NCBI GenBank assembly: GCA_050261115.1
Contig: JBLNCY010000028.1
Span: forward strand, 1 to 31,080
Length of the DNA: 31,080 nt
Reading direction: 5' to 3'
Source of the DNA: Methanocella sp.
Lineage (GTDB): Archaea > Thermoproteota > Bathyarchaeia > Bathyarchaeales > Bathycorpusculaceae
The translations under genes and the position numbers were made by a program. Of this stretch, positions 1 to 8,661 are shown one piece after another (the first letter of the stretch is position 1; every line of letters begins with the position of its first letter). The notes below the pieces were generated by a model, which did not search any database, was not told the origin of the DNA, and worked only from the letters and a program-made list of their open reading frames with translations.

Positions 1-588
1 GGTGTTGTTTATGAATTGGCAGTTATCGATTTTGTTGTATTCGCTCCAGGTGTTGGTGTTTGCGAACTCTATGCCGATGGATGCGTTGATAAACTTGGAG
101 TTTAGGATTGTTGTTCCCAGAGAGTTTTCTATGCGTAGGGTGGTGTTTATGAAGGTTAATCCGGAGACGGTTGCGTATTGGGATTGGGTGTAGTTGTCGC
201 CGTAGATGACGATCCTGCGTCCGTTGCTGGCTATGACTGCATTCTCGCCCTCGATTTTGGCGTTAATTTTGTTAGTTATATAAACATCCTCGGTGAGCGT
301 GTATGTTCCACCGTTTAAGAAAATTGATTTTCCTTCTGATAGGGCTGTGTTGAGTGGGGTGGAGGCGCTTTGGGCTTGGCTGGTGACATGGCCTGTGCGT
401 GTGTTTTTTAGGAGGTAATTGTTGCCGTCTTGTGTTAGGACGTAATCGTAGCCGACAGCGCTGGTGCGGTTTGCCTGCTCGATGCCCTCTAAGATGAGGT
501 AAGTATTCAAGCTGGTCATGCTGAGTAAAATTACGAGTACTATTCCGATTACATGTTTAGAAAGAACACGTTTTAGGGCAGCTTTCAT
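1..588 (-). CDS. Secreted/membrane-anchored right-handed beta-helix (pectin-lyase-like) protein, truncated at the window edge
   Basis: Not in the ORF track. ATG at 588; frame open to position 1: MKAALKRVLSKHVIGIVLVILLSMTSLNTYL...IFLNGGTYTLTEDVYITNKINAKIEGENA...VSGLTFINTTLRIENS...IDNCQFINN. N-terminal hydrophobic segment; GTY motif and I-x-N-x-x-F repeats typical of beta-helix proteins. Confidence 0.75.
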   Translation of the reverse strand, partial: MKAALKRVLSKHVIGIVLVILLSMTSLNTYLILEGIEQANRTSAVGYDYVLTQDGNNYLLKNTRTGHVTSQAQSASTPLNTALSEGKSIFLNGGTYTLTEDVYITNKINAKIEGENAVIASNGRRIVIYGDNYTQSQYATVSGLTFINTTLRIENSLGTTILNSKFINASIGIEFANTNTWSEYNKIDNCQFINNT

Positions 589-808
589 GGGGCTCAGCAG
601 GTTAAAGTACCTTGTATGGTTAAAGCTAATTAAATTTACTGACCCAGCTCTAATCCAGAGTCTGTTGAGCGAGAACCAAGATCAATTCGGTTAGTTGATT
701 TGGGCTTCAAAATACTACTATTTCCTTGATTTTCGGCGAAAATAAGGGCTATTTACGATTATGCTTAAATACAGATATGGTGCAAACAATCCGTTGAGTG
801 GATTAAAC

Positions 809-1582
809 ATGAGTGGTATTCCCGCAGTAGAACTAATCAACGTAACCAAACGCTATGGTGAACTAGTAGCGGTAAACAAAGCCAACCTAACAATAGAAAC
901 AGGCGAAATATTCGCCCTGCTAGGGCCTAACGGGTCAGGAAAATCCACCACACTAAAAATGCTGATGGGTCTACTACAGCCCACCGAAGGCTCAGTCCAA
1001 GTTTTAGGCCTCGATGTCCAGAAAGATCCCATCGCCGTAAAAAAGCAAGTAGGCTACGTACCTGAATCGCCAGATGTCTATGAATTTCTCACTGGCATAG
1101 AGTACTTAGACTTTATCGGCGACATTTACGGTGTTCCAGCCGCCGAAAAGAAGCAACGCATAACAGAATACCTCAAAGCCCTCCAGCTAGAAGGCCGAGA
1201 AGGCGACATGATAAACAGCTACTCCGACGGTATGAAAAAGAAAATCAGCCTCATCTCCGCTTTCCTCCACAAACCCCGCCTCTTAATCCTCGACGAGCCC
1301 CTAAATGCCCTTGACCCCCGAAGTGCACGAATAGTAAAAGACTATCTCCACTCACTCAAAACTCAAGGCGTCACCACAATCCTGTCCACACACGTCCTAG
1401 AAATAGCAGAAGCTGTCTGTGATCGCATAGGCATCATGTACCAGGGCAGCATATTAGCACTTGGCAGCATGGCCGAGCTAAGAGAAGAAGCAAGCTTGCC
1501 CAGTTCAGGATTAGAAGAGATATTCCTCAAATTAACCGGTACCGGTGACTTAAAACCCGTAGTTGAGGAACTCTTGAAATGA
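809..1582 (+). CDS. ABC-2 type exporter ATP-binding protein
   Basis: Walker A GPNGSGKST, signature YSDGMKKK, Walker B LLILDEP, H-loop STH. ATG 809 preferred over 761. Confidence 0.95.
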   Translation: MSGIPAVELINVTKRYGELVAVNKANLTIETGEIFALLGPNGSGKSTTLKMLMGLLQPTEGSVQVLGLDVQKDPIAVKKQVGYVPESPDVYEFLTGIEYLDFIGDIYGVPAAEKKQRITEYLKALQLEGREGDMINSYSDGMKKKISLISAFLHKPRLLILDEPLNALDPRSARIVKDYLHSLKTQGVTTILSTHVLEIAEAVCDRIGIMYQGSILALGSMAELREEASLPSSGLEEIFLKLTGTGDLKPVVEELLK

Positions 1583-3279
1583 ATTGGAAAAACGTCCTCT
1601 ACCTTTTACGTGTGGAACGTAAATCGGGTAGATTAGTCCGTGGCGTCAATAAGGTTCGCTACCGTGAAAATAAAGTCGTGGCTTATTGGCCCTACTGGGT
1701 AGCTGCATTAATTGGTATAGTTGGCGGTTACTTAGCTAACCTACTGGCTCAATCCGTTTATTCAGACCCGCAGGCTAGCGTTCTTCTTCCGCCGCTTGCT
1801 GATTCAGCTCTGGGCTTCTATGTTTCAATGCCTACTCTCATCTTACTTCTTAGCATAATATTCACAATGTTCCAGCAGATACAGATAAGCGGCATCAAGA
1901 AAACCTCTCAAGTCATGTACTGGCTGCCAGTAACCTGGCAAGAAAACACTCTGGCTTCGATATTGTCAAACTTGATGGGGCTACCAATTGCCCTAGCAAC
2001 TGGATTCGCTGCGGGCGCAATTACTTTTGGGGTTATAAACGGCTTAATCCTTGAATCGCTGATAGCAACAGTGGGCATGCTTGCCGCCGCCTTCATCGGA
2101 AGCAGCCTCACGGAGATCATCCGAATTCTGCAAGTACGCTTTACAGGCGCAGTCTACAAGTCAAGCGGAAGAGCAGCCATCTATATCCGATTAATCGGTT
2201 CATTGGTATTTTTCATCGCTTTCTACATAATCTACCTGGCGCTCGTAACAGGCAATGGTGCAATCAATTTCGTCCAAACATTATCTGCCTTCCAGACCTC
2301 AATCTGGTATGTTCCTTTTGTGTGGGCTGGCATCGCGTTATTCTACATCTATAGCAGCGAATTTCTGTTAGGTATAGTATTTTCTGTTGCCACTGTGCTG
2401 TTCACTGCTGGTCTATACTATTTGGCGGTATATCTAAACATGCGCTTTGGGCTATACGAGCCCCCTGCAATCAGGGTACAAGCAAGCGGCGTATATACAC
2501 CTAAAACAGGCTTCCTAGGAAGACTTGGGTTTAGCAGCCTTGAAGCAGCATTGATAAGCAAAGACATCAAATCGTTTACTCGCCGCCGCGAACTCATGGG
2601 CATCTTTATCATACCCATAGTCTTTGTCGTCGTATCCATCTTTAACTCGATAAACCTCCAAAACGTCAGTGGAACCCAAGAGGTCAACTTCTTCTTCCAA
2701 GTAATGATTTTCCTTCTCCCATCAGGCATCATGGCTATGTCAGTGGGAAACATGCTTATCGGGCAAGAAGGCCAAGCCGTCTGGAGAATCTATGTCTCGC
2801 CGGTTTCAGCTAAAAGCCTAGTTAAAAGCAAATACGCCTTCCTAGTATTGATGTCACTGATTGCTTTGATCGCGACTGGAATAGTCGGGGTCGTCTTCTT
2901 CCAGCCATCGTTAAACTTCATTATAGCTGGCTTTGCGGAAGGGGTCTTTTTGGTTTTTGCCTTAGGCGCAATCGGGCTGTCTTTTGGCTTTAAGGGCGCT
3001 GACTTTACCGTTACCAGAAGACCTAGAATGATACGGCAAGAGTGGTCACTGATAAGCTTGGTTGTTTGCACCGTTGCTGGCTTGGTTATTCTTTTGCCAC
3101 TGATACCCTTTGTGATAGCAAAACTCGCAGGATCCTTCTTTAGCTTGCCACCTCTGGGCGTAGTTGAGTTAGCGATTTGCTTGACAATTAGCGGTGTCTT
3201 TGCAGCCATATTCACAGCAGTTTTCTATAAAATCAACCTCAACAGCGCAAAGGAGCTGCTGCGCAAAGCTGAATCCTAA
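1579..3279 (+). CDS. ABC exporter permease (large multi-TM, ABC-2-like)
   Basis: 566 aa, many hydrophobic helices, ATGA overlap with the ATPase gene, KDIKSFTRR and SPVS..LVKSKY motifs. Confidence 0.85.
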   Translation: MNWKNVLYLLRVERKSGRLVRGVNKVRYRENKVVAYWPYWVAALIGIVGGYLANLLAQSVYSDPQASVLLPPLADSALGFYVSMPTLILLLSIIFTMFQQIQISGIKKTSQVMYWLPVTWQENTLASILSNLMGLPIALATGFAAGAITFGVINGLILESLIATVGMLAAAFIGSSLTEIIRILQVRFTGAVYKSSGRAAIYIRLIGSLVFFIAFYIIYLALVTGNGAINFVQTLSAFQTSIWYVPFVWAGIALFYIYSSEFLLGIVFSVATVLFTAGLYYLAVYLNMRFGLYEPPAIRVQASGVYTPKTGFLGRLGFSSLEAALISKDIKSFTRRRELMGIFIIPIVFVVVSIFNSINLQNVSGTQEVNFFFQVMIFLLPSGIMAMSVGNMLIGQEGQAVWRIYVSPVSAKSLVKSKYAFLVLMSLIALIATGIVGVVFFQPSLNFIIAGFAEGVFLVFALGAIGLSFGFKGADFTVTRRPRMIRQEWSLISLVVCTVAGLVILLPLIPFVIAKLAGSFFSLPPLGVVELAICLTISGVFAAIFTAVFYKINLNSAKELLRKAES

Positions 3280-3312
3280 ACAGGGCCCTGCAATTAAACG
3301 CCGCTAAAAAAC

Positions 3313-3330
3313 TCTTTTTTTACATTTTTT
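3313..3330 (+). terminator. Oligo-T archaeal-type terminator
   Basis: TCTTTTTTTACATTTTTT shortly after the permease stop. Confidence 0.45.
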
Positions 3331-3393
3331 GTATACGCCACCATTAAACTTAAATGTCAATACGTGTTTTCGGTAACTTGCTTAGTGATCAAA

Positions 3394-3576
3394 ATGGGGA
3401 ATGAGGGAAAAGGAACAATCTTTAGACGAAAAGACGACAGATACCTACTATACCTGCCAGTTCGTGTGGTTGACGACAGCATGTTCCCCCTAAAATGCGA
3501 GGGATCCATGCCTGTCAAAGTTAAATTCAACCCAAGCGAGGGCACACTAATAGTAGAAAAATGGCAGCAGACATAA
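3394..3576 (+). CDS. Small protein, possible AbrB/SpoVT-like swapped-hairpin fold
   Basis: 60 aa MGNEGKGTIFRRKDDRYLLYLPVRVVDDSMFPLK...VKVKF...TLIVEKW; beta-beta-LP-helix-beta-beta pattern. Confidence 0.6.
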   Translation: MGNEGKGTIFRRKDDRYLLYLPVRVVDDSMFPLKCEGSMPVKVKFNPSEGTLIVEKWQQT

Positions 3577-3677
3577 ACCTGCAACCCTTCAATATTTTAA
3601 GTCTCCTTGTTGTCTTTTTGCACCCACAAATTTATTTTAACCTAAAATAGCAATTGCTGGGCAAAGAGGACCCCGAT

Positions 3678-3803
3678 ATGTACGAAACCTACAAGTGCTC
3701 CATATGCAAACTGGAATTCCAAAACCCCGAAGAACTACGCCAACACCGAATGAACGTACACAAGGGCCAAAGCAGCCAAGCCAAAACCGGCATCACACCC
3801 TAA
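3678..3803 (+). CDS. 41-aa single C2H2 zinc-finger microprotein
   Basis: Below the ORF-track cutoff. MYETYKCSICKLEFQNPEELRQHRMNVHKGQSSQAKTGITP matches Y-x-C-x2-C-x3-F-x5-L-x2-H-x4-H; GAGGA 7 nt upstream. Confidence 0.8.
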   Translation: MYETYKCSICKLEFQNPEELRQHRMNVHKGQSSQAKTGITP

Positions 3804-4128
3804 CAGGACATGCTACAACCAACACACCCAACCTTTTGATTACCCATTGCGTTTTTTCGCTTTCCTGAGTTATAATTCATTGGCTATGCCTGAGGATAAC
3901 TAAACTCTGTTCCATCCTTGATTAGTTCGGTCACTGTTTACTTCGGAATATAATTTTTTTATGAGGCAAGCTTAAAACGCCGTACAATACGTGAAATAAG
4001 GTGTTTCCGCGCTCCTTTGTCGTGCGGTTTTGACGGATTTCCGTTTAACCCGTTTTTTGGATTACATAAATCTTATTTAGGTGTTAAAATGTAACAGTAA
4101 TTGTATCCAGAAAAGGTAGATGTAAAAA

Positions 4129-4266
4129 ATGTTGCCCAAACCAATTCCTGCTCTTGATTCGGAACAGTGGGAAGCTATTGAGAAGGAAATCAAGCGGAAG
4201 CCAACAAAAGCTGACGAGGCTCGGTACAAGCGGGCAACGGAAACTTTTAAGAATTGTCCGCTTTAA
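4129..4266 (+). CDS. 45-aa putative antitoxin resembling the C-terminal half of DUF1778 (AtaR/TacA-like) proteins
   Basis: MLPKPIPALDSEQWEAIEKEIKRKPTKADEARYKRATETFKNCPL, ending 12 nt before the GNAT gene. Confidence 0.6.
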   Translation: MLPKPIPALDSEQWEAIEKEIKRKPTKADEARYKRATETFKNCPL

Positions 4267-4278
4267 TTAAAATAATTA

Positions 4279-5364
4279 ATGCCTGCTAAGCGCTCGCTTA
4301 ATCCTAAAGACCTATCTTTTCCTAAAATTTTAGATGAGAGCGATGATACTAGCAAGTTCAGTTGTGGCAAAAAAGAAATTGACGAATTTATCCAGAAACA
4401 GGCTCTTTCTTTTCAGGCACAAAGTCTTGGAGTCACCTATCTGTTCCATCAGGGAGCAGACTTGGTGGGGTTTGCAACTTTATGCATGGGGCACATTAAC
4501 AAGCACAAAATAGCATCCCAAGACAGACTAACCCAACAGGTTAACAGCTATCCTGCTCTTTTAATTGGGCAATTAGCCGTTTGTGAGGCGCATCAAGGCG
4601 AAGGCGTGGGTACCTACATCTGCGATTTCTGCTTTGACAGGGCTATACGGTTATCCCAACGAGTCGGCTGCAGGTTTCTAGTTGTAGATGCCTTAGAATC
4701 AGCCGTTGAATTCTATCTCAAGATAGGCGTATGGATAGCTGAAGAATTTAATGAACAACATCTATCTGCACTTGCTTACCTGAACGAAAATATGAACGCT
4801 GAAGGACCTAGCTTTTTCGGTATAAAAATCGAATTAAAGAAAATCGGCAATTCTCTGCCTGCCCCCGAGCTTGTGGTTTTAGTCAAGCCAAATAGTTTTC
4901 AGAGAAACTTGTCCAGAGAAGTTGAAAGCGAAAGTGATCGTAAGAGGCATGCACTAAGAGTTGAATTTTTCTCTAAATTGGCTGACGCATATAAAATACT
5001 TAATCCTTCATGGAATAAAGTAAAAGCACAGCCTCAACACTGGCTATCTTTTGGAGCAGGTAGAAGCGGCTTCTCAAATAGCTGGTCCTTTAGGGCTAGA
5101 AATGGCTGGCGTTTTGCAATAGAACTATATATTGACCAGCAGGACCAAGAAGATAACAAGCGGGCTCTAAAGGAGTTGGGACAAATGCGACCACAAATAG
5201 AGCAAGAGTTAGGTTTCTCATTAGACTTTCAAGAATTACCAGAACGAAGAGCATGCAGAATAGAAGTTTCAAAACAAACGAGTGGACCTATAACAAAACT
5301 AAGTGACGACGAGATGAAGGAATTAATCCAATGGGGGCTCAGAAAAAATGACGAGATTCACTAA
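4279..5364 (+). CDS. Chimeric protein: AtaT/TacT-like GNAT acetyltransferase fused to a DUF4268-containing C-terminal part; possibly a degraded gene
   Basis: FSCG..EIDEFI, YPALLIGQLAV..HQGEGVG and LVVDALESAVEFYLKIG (GNAT toxin motifs), then VWIAEEFNEQHLSALAYLN..FFGIKIEL..IGNSLPAP..KPN and PQHWLSFGAGRSG..IELYID..RACRI (DUF4268-family protein). Confidence 0.7.
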   Translation: MPAKRSLNPKDLSFPKILDESDDTSKFSCGKKEIDEFIQKQALSFQAQSLGVTYLFHQGADLVGFATLCMGHINKHKIASQDRLTQQVNSYPALLIGQLAVCEAHQGEGVGTYICDFCFDRAIRLSQRVGCRFLVVDALESAVEFYLKIGVWIAEEFNEQHLSALAYLNENMNAEGPSFFGIKIELKKIGNSLPAPELVVLVKPNSFQRNLSREVESESDRKRHALRVEFFSKLADAYKILNPSWNKVKAQPQHWLSFGAGRSGFSNSWSFRARNGWRFAIELYIDQQDQEDNKRALKELGQMRPQIEQELGFSLDFQELPERRACRIEVSKQTSGPITKLSDDEMKELIQWGLRKNDEIH

Positions 5365-5577
5365 GGTTATGACCCAATATATCAAGAGACTGGAGTAGAG
5401 CCTTGTTAAAAAACCCAGTATTGATTATTAAAACTAAAATGTTTTGACTTGATTCTAAAGTTGCAAGTTTGCGCAGAATTCTCCTAATGCGGTCTGCATT
5501 TACCGCTAAGTATGCCTCCTAACTTAATACCATCAAATTTTTATTTCAAAACCAGAAATAACAACTGGTGAAAGCAA

Positions 5578-6027
5578 ATGAAAACACTCACAGTCACAAG
5601 CTCCGCCTTTCAATATAACCAGAAAATTCCCGGAGACTATGCATGTGACTACGAAAACAAAAATCCGCCCCTAACAATAGAGGGCGTCCCCGAAGGCACA
5701 AAAAGTCTAGCACTAATCTTCGATGACCCCGACGCGGTAGGCGGCACATTTGATCACTGGGTCGTCTGGAATATACCGCCAACCCAGACTAAAATCGGAG
5801 AAAACACTGTTCCAGGAGTAGAAGGTTTAAACAGTGACCAACAAACCGGCTACGTCGGTCCCTGTCCGCCGCCGGGCAAAATACACAGGTACGTCTTTAG
5901 AGTATTTGCGCTTGATACACTGCTGAATCTGGGCGCCAATTCGGGTAAAGAAGATCTCGAGAAGGCGATGGAGGGCCATATTTTAGCAAAGGGTGAACTC
6001 GTCGGGTTATTCGGCCGACCCCAATAG
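5578..6027 (+). CDS. YbhB/YbcL family Raf kinase inhibitor-like (PEBP) protein
   Basis: DDPDA, HWVVWNIP, GYVGPCPP and HRYVFRVFALD motifs. Confidence 0.93.
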   Translation: MKTLTVTSSAFQYNQKIPGDYACDYENKNPPLTIEGVPEGTKSLALIFDDPDAVGGTFDHWVVWNIPPTQTKIGENTVPGVEGLNSDQQTGYVGPCPPPGKIHRYVFRVFALDTLLNLGANSGKEDLEKAMEGHILAKGELVGLFGRPQ

Positions 6028-6090
6028 GTCACTGCTTGGTCTATCGCTAATTGAATCGTGCAAAAATCAGTTGGGCGGTTAATAATTACA

Positions 6091-6447
6091 ATGGAAGCAG
6101 AGAAAAAACCGTTAAAGATGTTATTTGTTTGTGGACGTAATGTTGATCGAAGCACGACTGCTGAAGCCATGTTCAAGGGTTTTGAGGGGCTTGATGTTAA
6201 GTCAGCTGGTGTGTCTGTAGGTGCAACAGTTCCTATAACCAAGGAACTCATTGATTGGGCTGACGCGATTTTTGTTATGGAGTTTAAGCACCAAAAAGCT
6301 GTTCTGAAAATCGAGCCCAAGGCTTGGAGAAAAGTAGAGTCACTGGAGATCGCTGATAAGTATTACAGAGACCAGCCTGAATTAAAACAGCTTATTACTG
6401 ATAAAATGAGACCATATGTGAAAAAACAATTCAACTTGTCCCTTTAG
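6091..6447 (+). CDS. Low-molecular-weight protein-tyrosine-phosphatase-like protein
   Basis: LFVCGRNVDRS (C-x5-R-S P-loop), SAG, WADAIFVME. ATG 6091 preferred over GTG 6058. Confidence 0.85.
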   Translation: MEAEKKPLKMLFVCGRNVDRSTTAEAMFKGFEGLDVKSAGVSVGATVPITKELIDWADAIFVMEFKHQKAVLKIEPKAWRKVESLEIADKYYRDQPELKQLITDKMRPYVKKQFNLSL

Positions 6448-6506
6448 CCATTCTTGGTCTTTATTTAAGATTAAATAGTCTATGCTGATAATTGTATTGA
6501 GAGAAA

Positions 6507-7652
6507 TTGAACCGCAAACTAATCCTAGCCAGCGCCACAGCAATAGTCCTAATTGTTTTGTTGTCGCTTTTTTTGATTCAGAACTGGCCAAGCAGCCAAA
6601 CACAAACCCGCCAATTCTATATAGGCGTAATGTTTGCCTATGACGGCAGCATAGACAACGTAAAAGCGCTGGTGGATAAGGTCCAAAACTACACTAACCT
6701 CTTTGTGTTGGGCTCGGTGGATTTATTCCACAACGAGGCAAAACTCGACGAGGCATGCGACTACATAGCCGCCGCTAACCTTAGCTTCATCGTACAATTC
6801 AGAGGGCTAATGGAATACAACTATAGCATCACCGACTGGATGCTCAACGCCCAAGAAAAATACGGCAGCCAATTCCTAGGCGTCTACCGCTATGACGAAC
6901 CCGGCGGACGCCAAATCGACGGCGGACCCGATATACAACTCATAAATCAAACCGCAGCTGGCTCCAACCCAACTTATGCCAGCGTCGCAGACGCCTACGT
7001 GGGAAACCTCTCAGCCTTCCCAAACTACTACCTACTGTTCACACCCAAAATCTTCACCGCCGACTATGCCCTCTACTGGTTCACCTACCAAGCGGGCTAC
7101 AGCACAGTTTTAGGTGAATTCGTAGGAAACGCCAGCAGAGCACATCACATAGCCCTCTGCCGCGGCCCCGCCACCGCCTTTAACCGCGACTGGGGCGCCA
7201 TCGTCACATGGAAATACAATCAGCCCCCCTACCTTGAAAGCGGCGAAGAACTCTACAACGACTTAGCCTTAGCCTACAGCGCCGGCGCCAAGCACGCGGT
7301 AGTTTTTAGTTACCCTGAAGTGGGAGAATTTGGAACCCTAACCGAGGAGCATTTTGAAGCGTTGGAACGATTCTGGACTACACTTCACACCGACCCAGAT
7401 AGTTTTGGAGTAAACAAAGCGGAAGCAGCGTATGTGGTGCCCGCGGATTACGGGTTTAGCTTTGGAAACCCCACAAGCCCCATCTGGGGGCTATTCCCCG
7501 CCGATGAGCTCACGGCCAAATTGTATGGCGACATCGAAAGGCTTGCGGACATGTATGGGGCAAGGTTTGACGTACTCTACGACGGATTCGAAACGGCTGC
7601 GGTAATCGGGAACTATTCAAGAGTGTACTATTGGAATCAGACCATCAGTTAG
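6507..7652 (+). CDS. Membrane-anchored/secreted hypothetical protein, possibly a glycoside-hydrolase-like TIM barrel
   Basis: TTG start, N-terminal TM helix, FLGVYRYDEPGG, FTADYALYWF, WGAIVTW; function not assignable. Confidence 0.7.
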   Translation: MNRKLILASATAIVLIVLLSLFLIQNWPSSQTQTRQFYIGVMFAYDGSIDNVKALVDKVQNYTNLFVLGSVDLFHNEAKLDEACDYIAAANLSFIVQFRGLMEYNYSITDWMLNAQEKYGSQFLGVYRYDEPGGRQIDGGPDIQLINQTAAGSNPTYASVADAYVGNLSAFPNYYLLFTPKIFTADYALYWFTYQAGYSTVLGEFVGNASRAHHIALCRGPATAFNRDWGAIVTWKYNQPPYLESGEELYNDLALAYSAGAKHAVVFSYPEVGEFGTLTEEHFEALERFWTTLHTDPDSFGVNKAEAAYVVPADYGFSFGNPTSPIWGLFPADELTAKLYGDIERLADMYGARFDVLYDGFETAAVIGNYSRVYYWNQTIS

Positions 7653-7743
7653 CCTCAAAAACCCAGCTTTTCGACCATTACTATGGCAAATTAAATAAAC
7701 AAACAGCTCCGTTACAGAGAGGCTAGAGAGAGGGAAAAAGCAG

Positions 7744-7872
7744 TTGGACTTAATGGTAATCATAAATGTGATTGCTTTCGGCGTGTTCCTATCGTTTAGT
7801 TCCTATCTAACCTATCGACGCAGAACAAAGTATGTTAAAAAAATCAGGGCTAACCAAGCGGTTCTACTATAG
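7744..7872 (+). CDS. Putative small single-pass membrane protein
   Basis: TTG 7744 (or ATG 7753) after purine-rich AGAGAGGG: (MDL)MVIINVIAFGVFLSFSSYLTYRRRTKYVKKIRANQAVLL; hydrophobic helix then a basic cluster. Confidence 0.45.
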   Translation: MDLMVIINVIAFGVFLSFSSYLTYRRRTKYVKKIRANQAVLL

Positions 7873-7929
7873 GGGTAGTACCGAAAAATCTAAAACATGC
7901 TTGGTATGTCATGTGGTGGGAAGGAAACA

Positions 7930-8661
7930 TTGGATCTTGCAGTAGAAGCAAATCAATTAACAAAACAATTCGGCCAAGTACGAGCGCTTGATGGCCTAAG
8001 CTTCCGCATTAAGTGTGGCGAAATTTTCGGTTTAATCGGTCCAAACGGAGCCGGTAAAACAACAACCATCCGTACCGTCTGCACACTAATCAAGCCAACT
8101 TCAGGCGACATAACCATATTTGGTCGAGATGCAGTCAAAGAACCCGAGAAGACCCGGGAAATACTAACTTATCTGCCGGAGGAGTCAGGCGCGTATCCTA
8201 ACCTTACAGGTTGGGAGTATCTGCGGTTTATGGCTAAACTCCAAGCAGCCCCCGGAACCAACATAACTGGCATCGTGGATGAAGCCGCCCAGATTTGCGG
8301 TTTAGGTGACCGATTAAAGGATAAAGCCAAAACCTACAGTAAGGGCATGAAGCGTCGTCTTCTTGTTGCCCGCGCGTTGATGACTAAGCCCAAACTGGCT
8401 GTGCTAGATGAGCCTGCAAGCGGCTTAGACGTAATGCAAGCCTACCACATCCGAGAAATAATAAAGCGATACGTCAAAGAACACGGTGTAACGGTGATGC
8501 TTAGCAGTCATAACATGCTTGAAGTGGACTTCCTATGTGACCGCGTGGCCTTCATCAACAAAGGCAAGTTAGTCATGGAGGGGCAACCCCGAGAACTCAA
8601 AGCGAAATACAACAGCGAGAACCTAGAAGAGGTTTTTGCGAAGGTGGTTGGCTATGCTTAA
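7930..8661 (+). CDS. ABC-2 type exporter ATP-binding protein (NatA-like)
   Basis: GPNGAGKTT, YSKGMKRR, AVLDEP, SSH. TTG 7930 after AAGGA; ATG 7897 is an alternative. Confidence 0.93.
   Translation: MDLAVEANQLTKQFGQVRALDGLSFRIKCGEIFGLIGPNGAGKTTTIRTVCTLIKPTSGDITIFGRDAVKEPEKTREILTYLPEESGAYPNLTGWEYLRFMAKLQAAPGTNITGIVDEAAQICGLGDRLKDKAKTYSKGMKRRLLVARALMTKPKLAVLDEPASGLDVMQAYHIREIIKRYVKEHGVTVMLSSHNMLEVDFLCDRVAFINKGKLVMEGQPRELKAKYNSENLEEVFAKVVGYA

Noticed and set aside
2-193. 63-aa plus-strand ORF
   Set aside because: Antisense shadow of the minus-strand beta-helix gene.
3830-4120. AT-rich spacer with short imperfect inverted repeats (e.g. ACGGAttTCCGT) as an ncRNA or mobile-element end
   Set aside because: Stems are short, with no matching terminal repeat, target duplication, tRNA or integrase.
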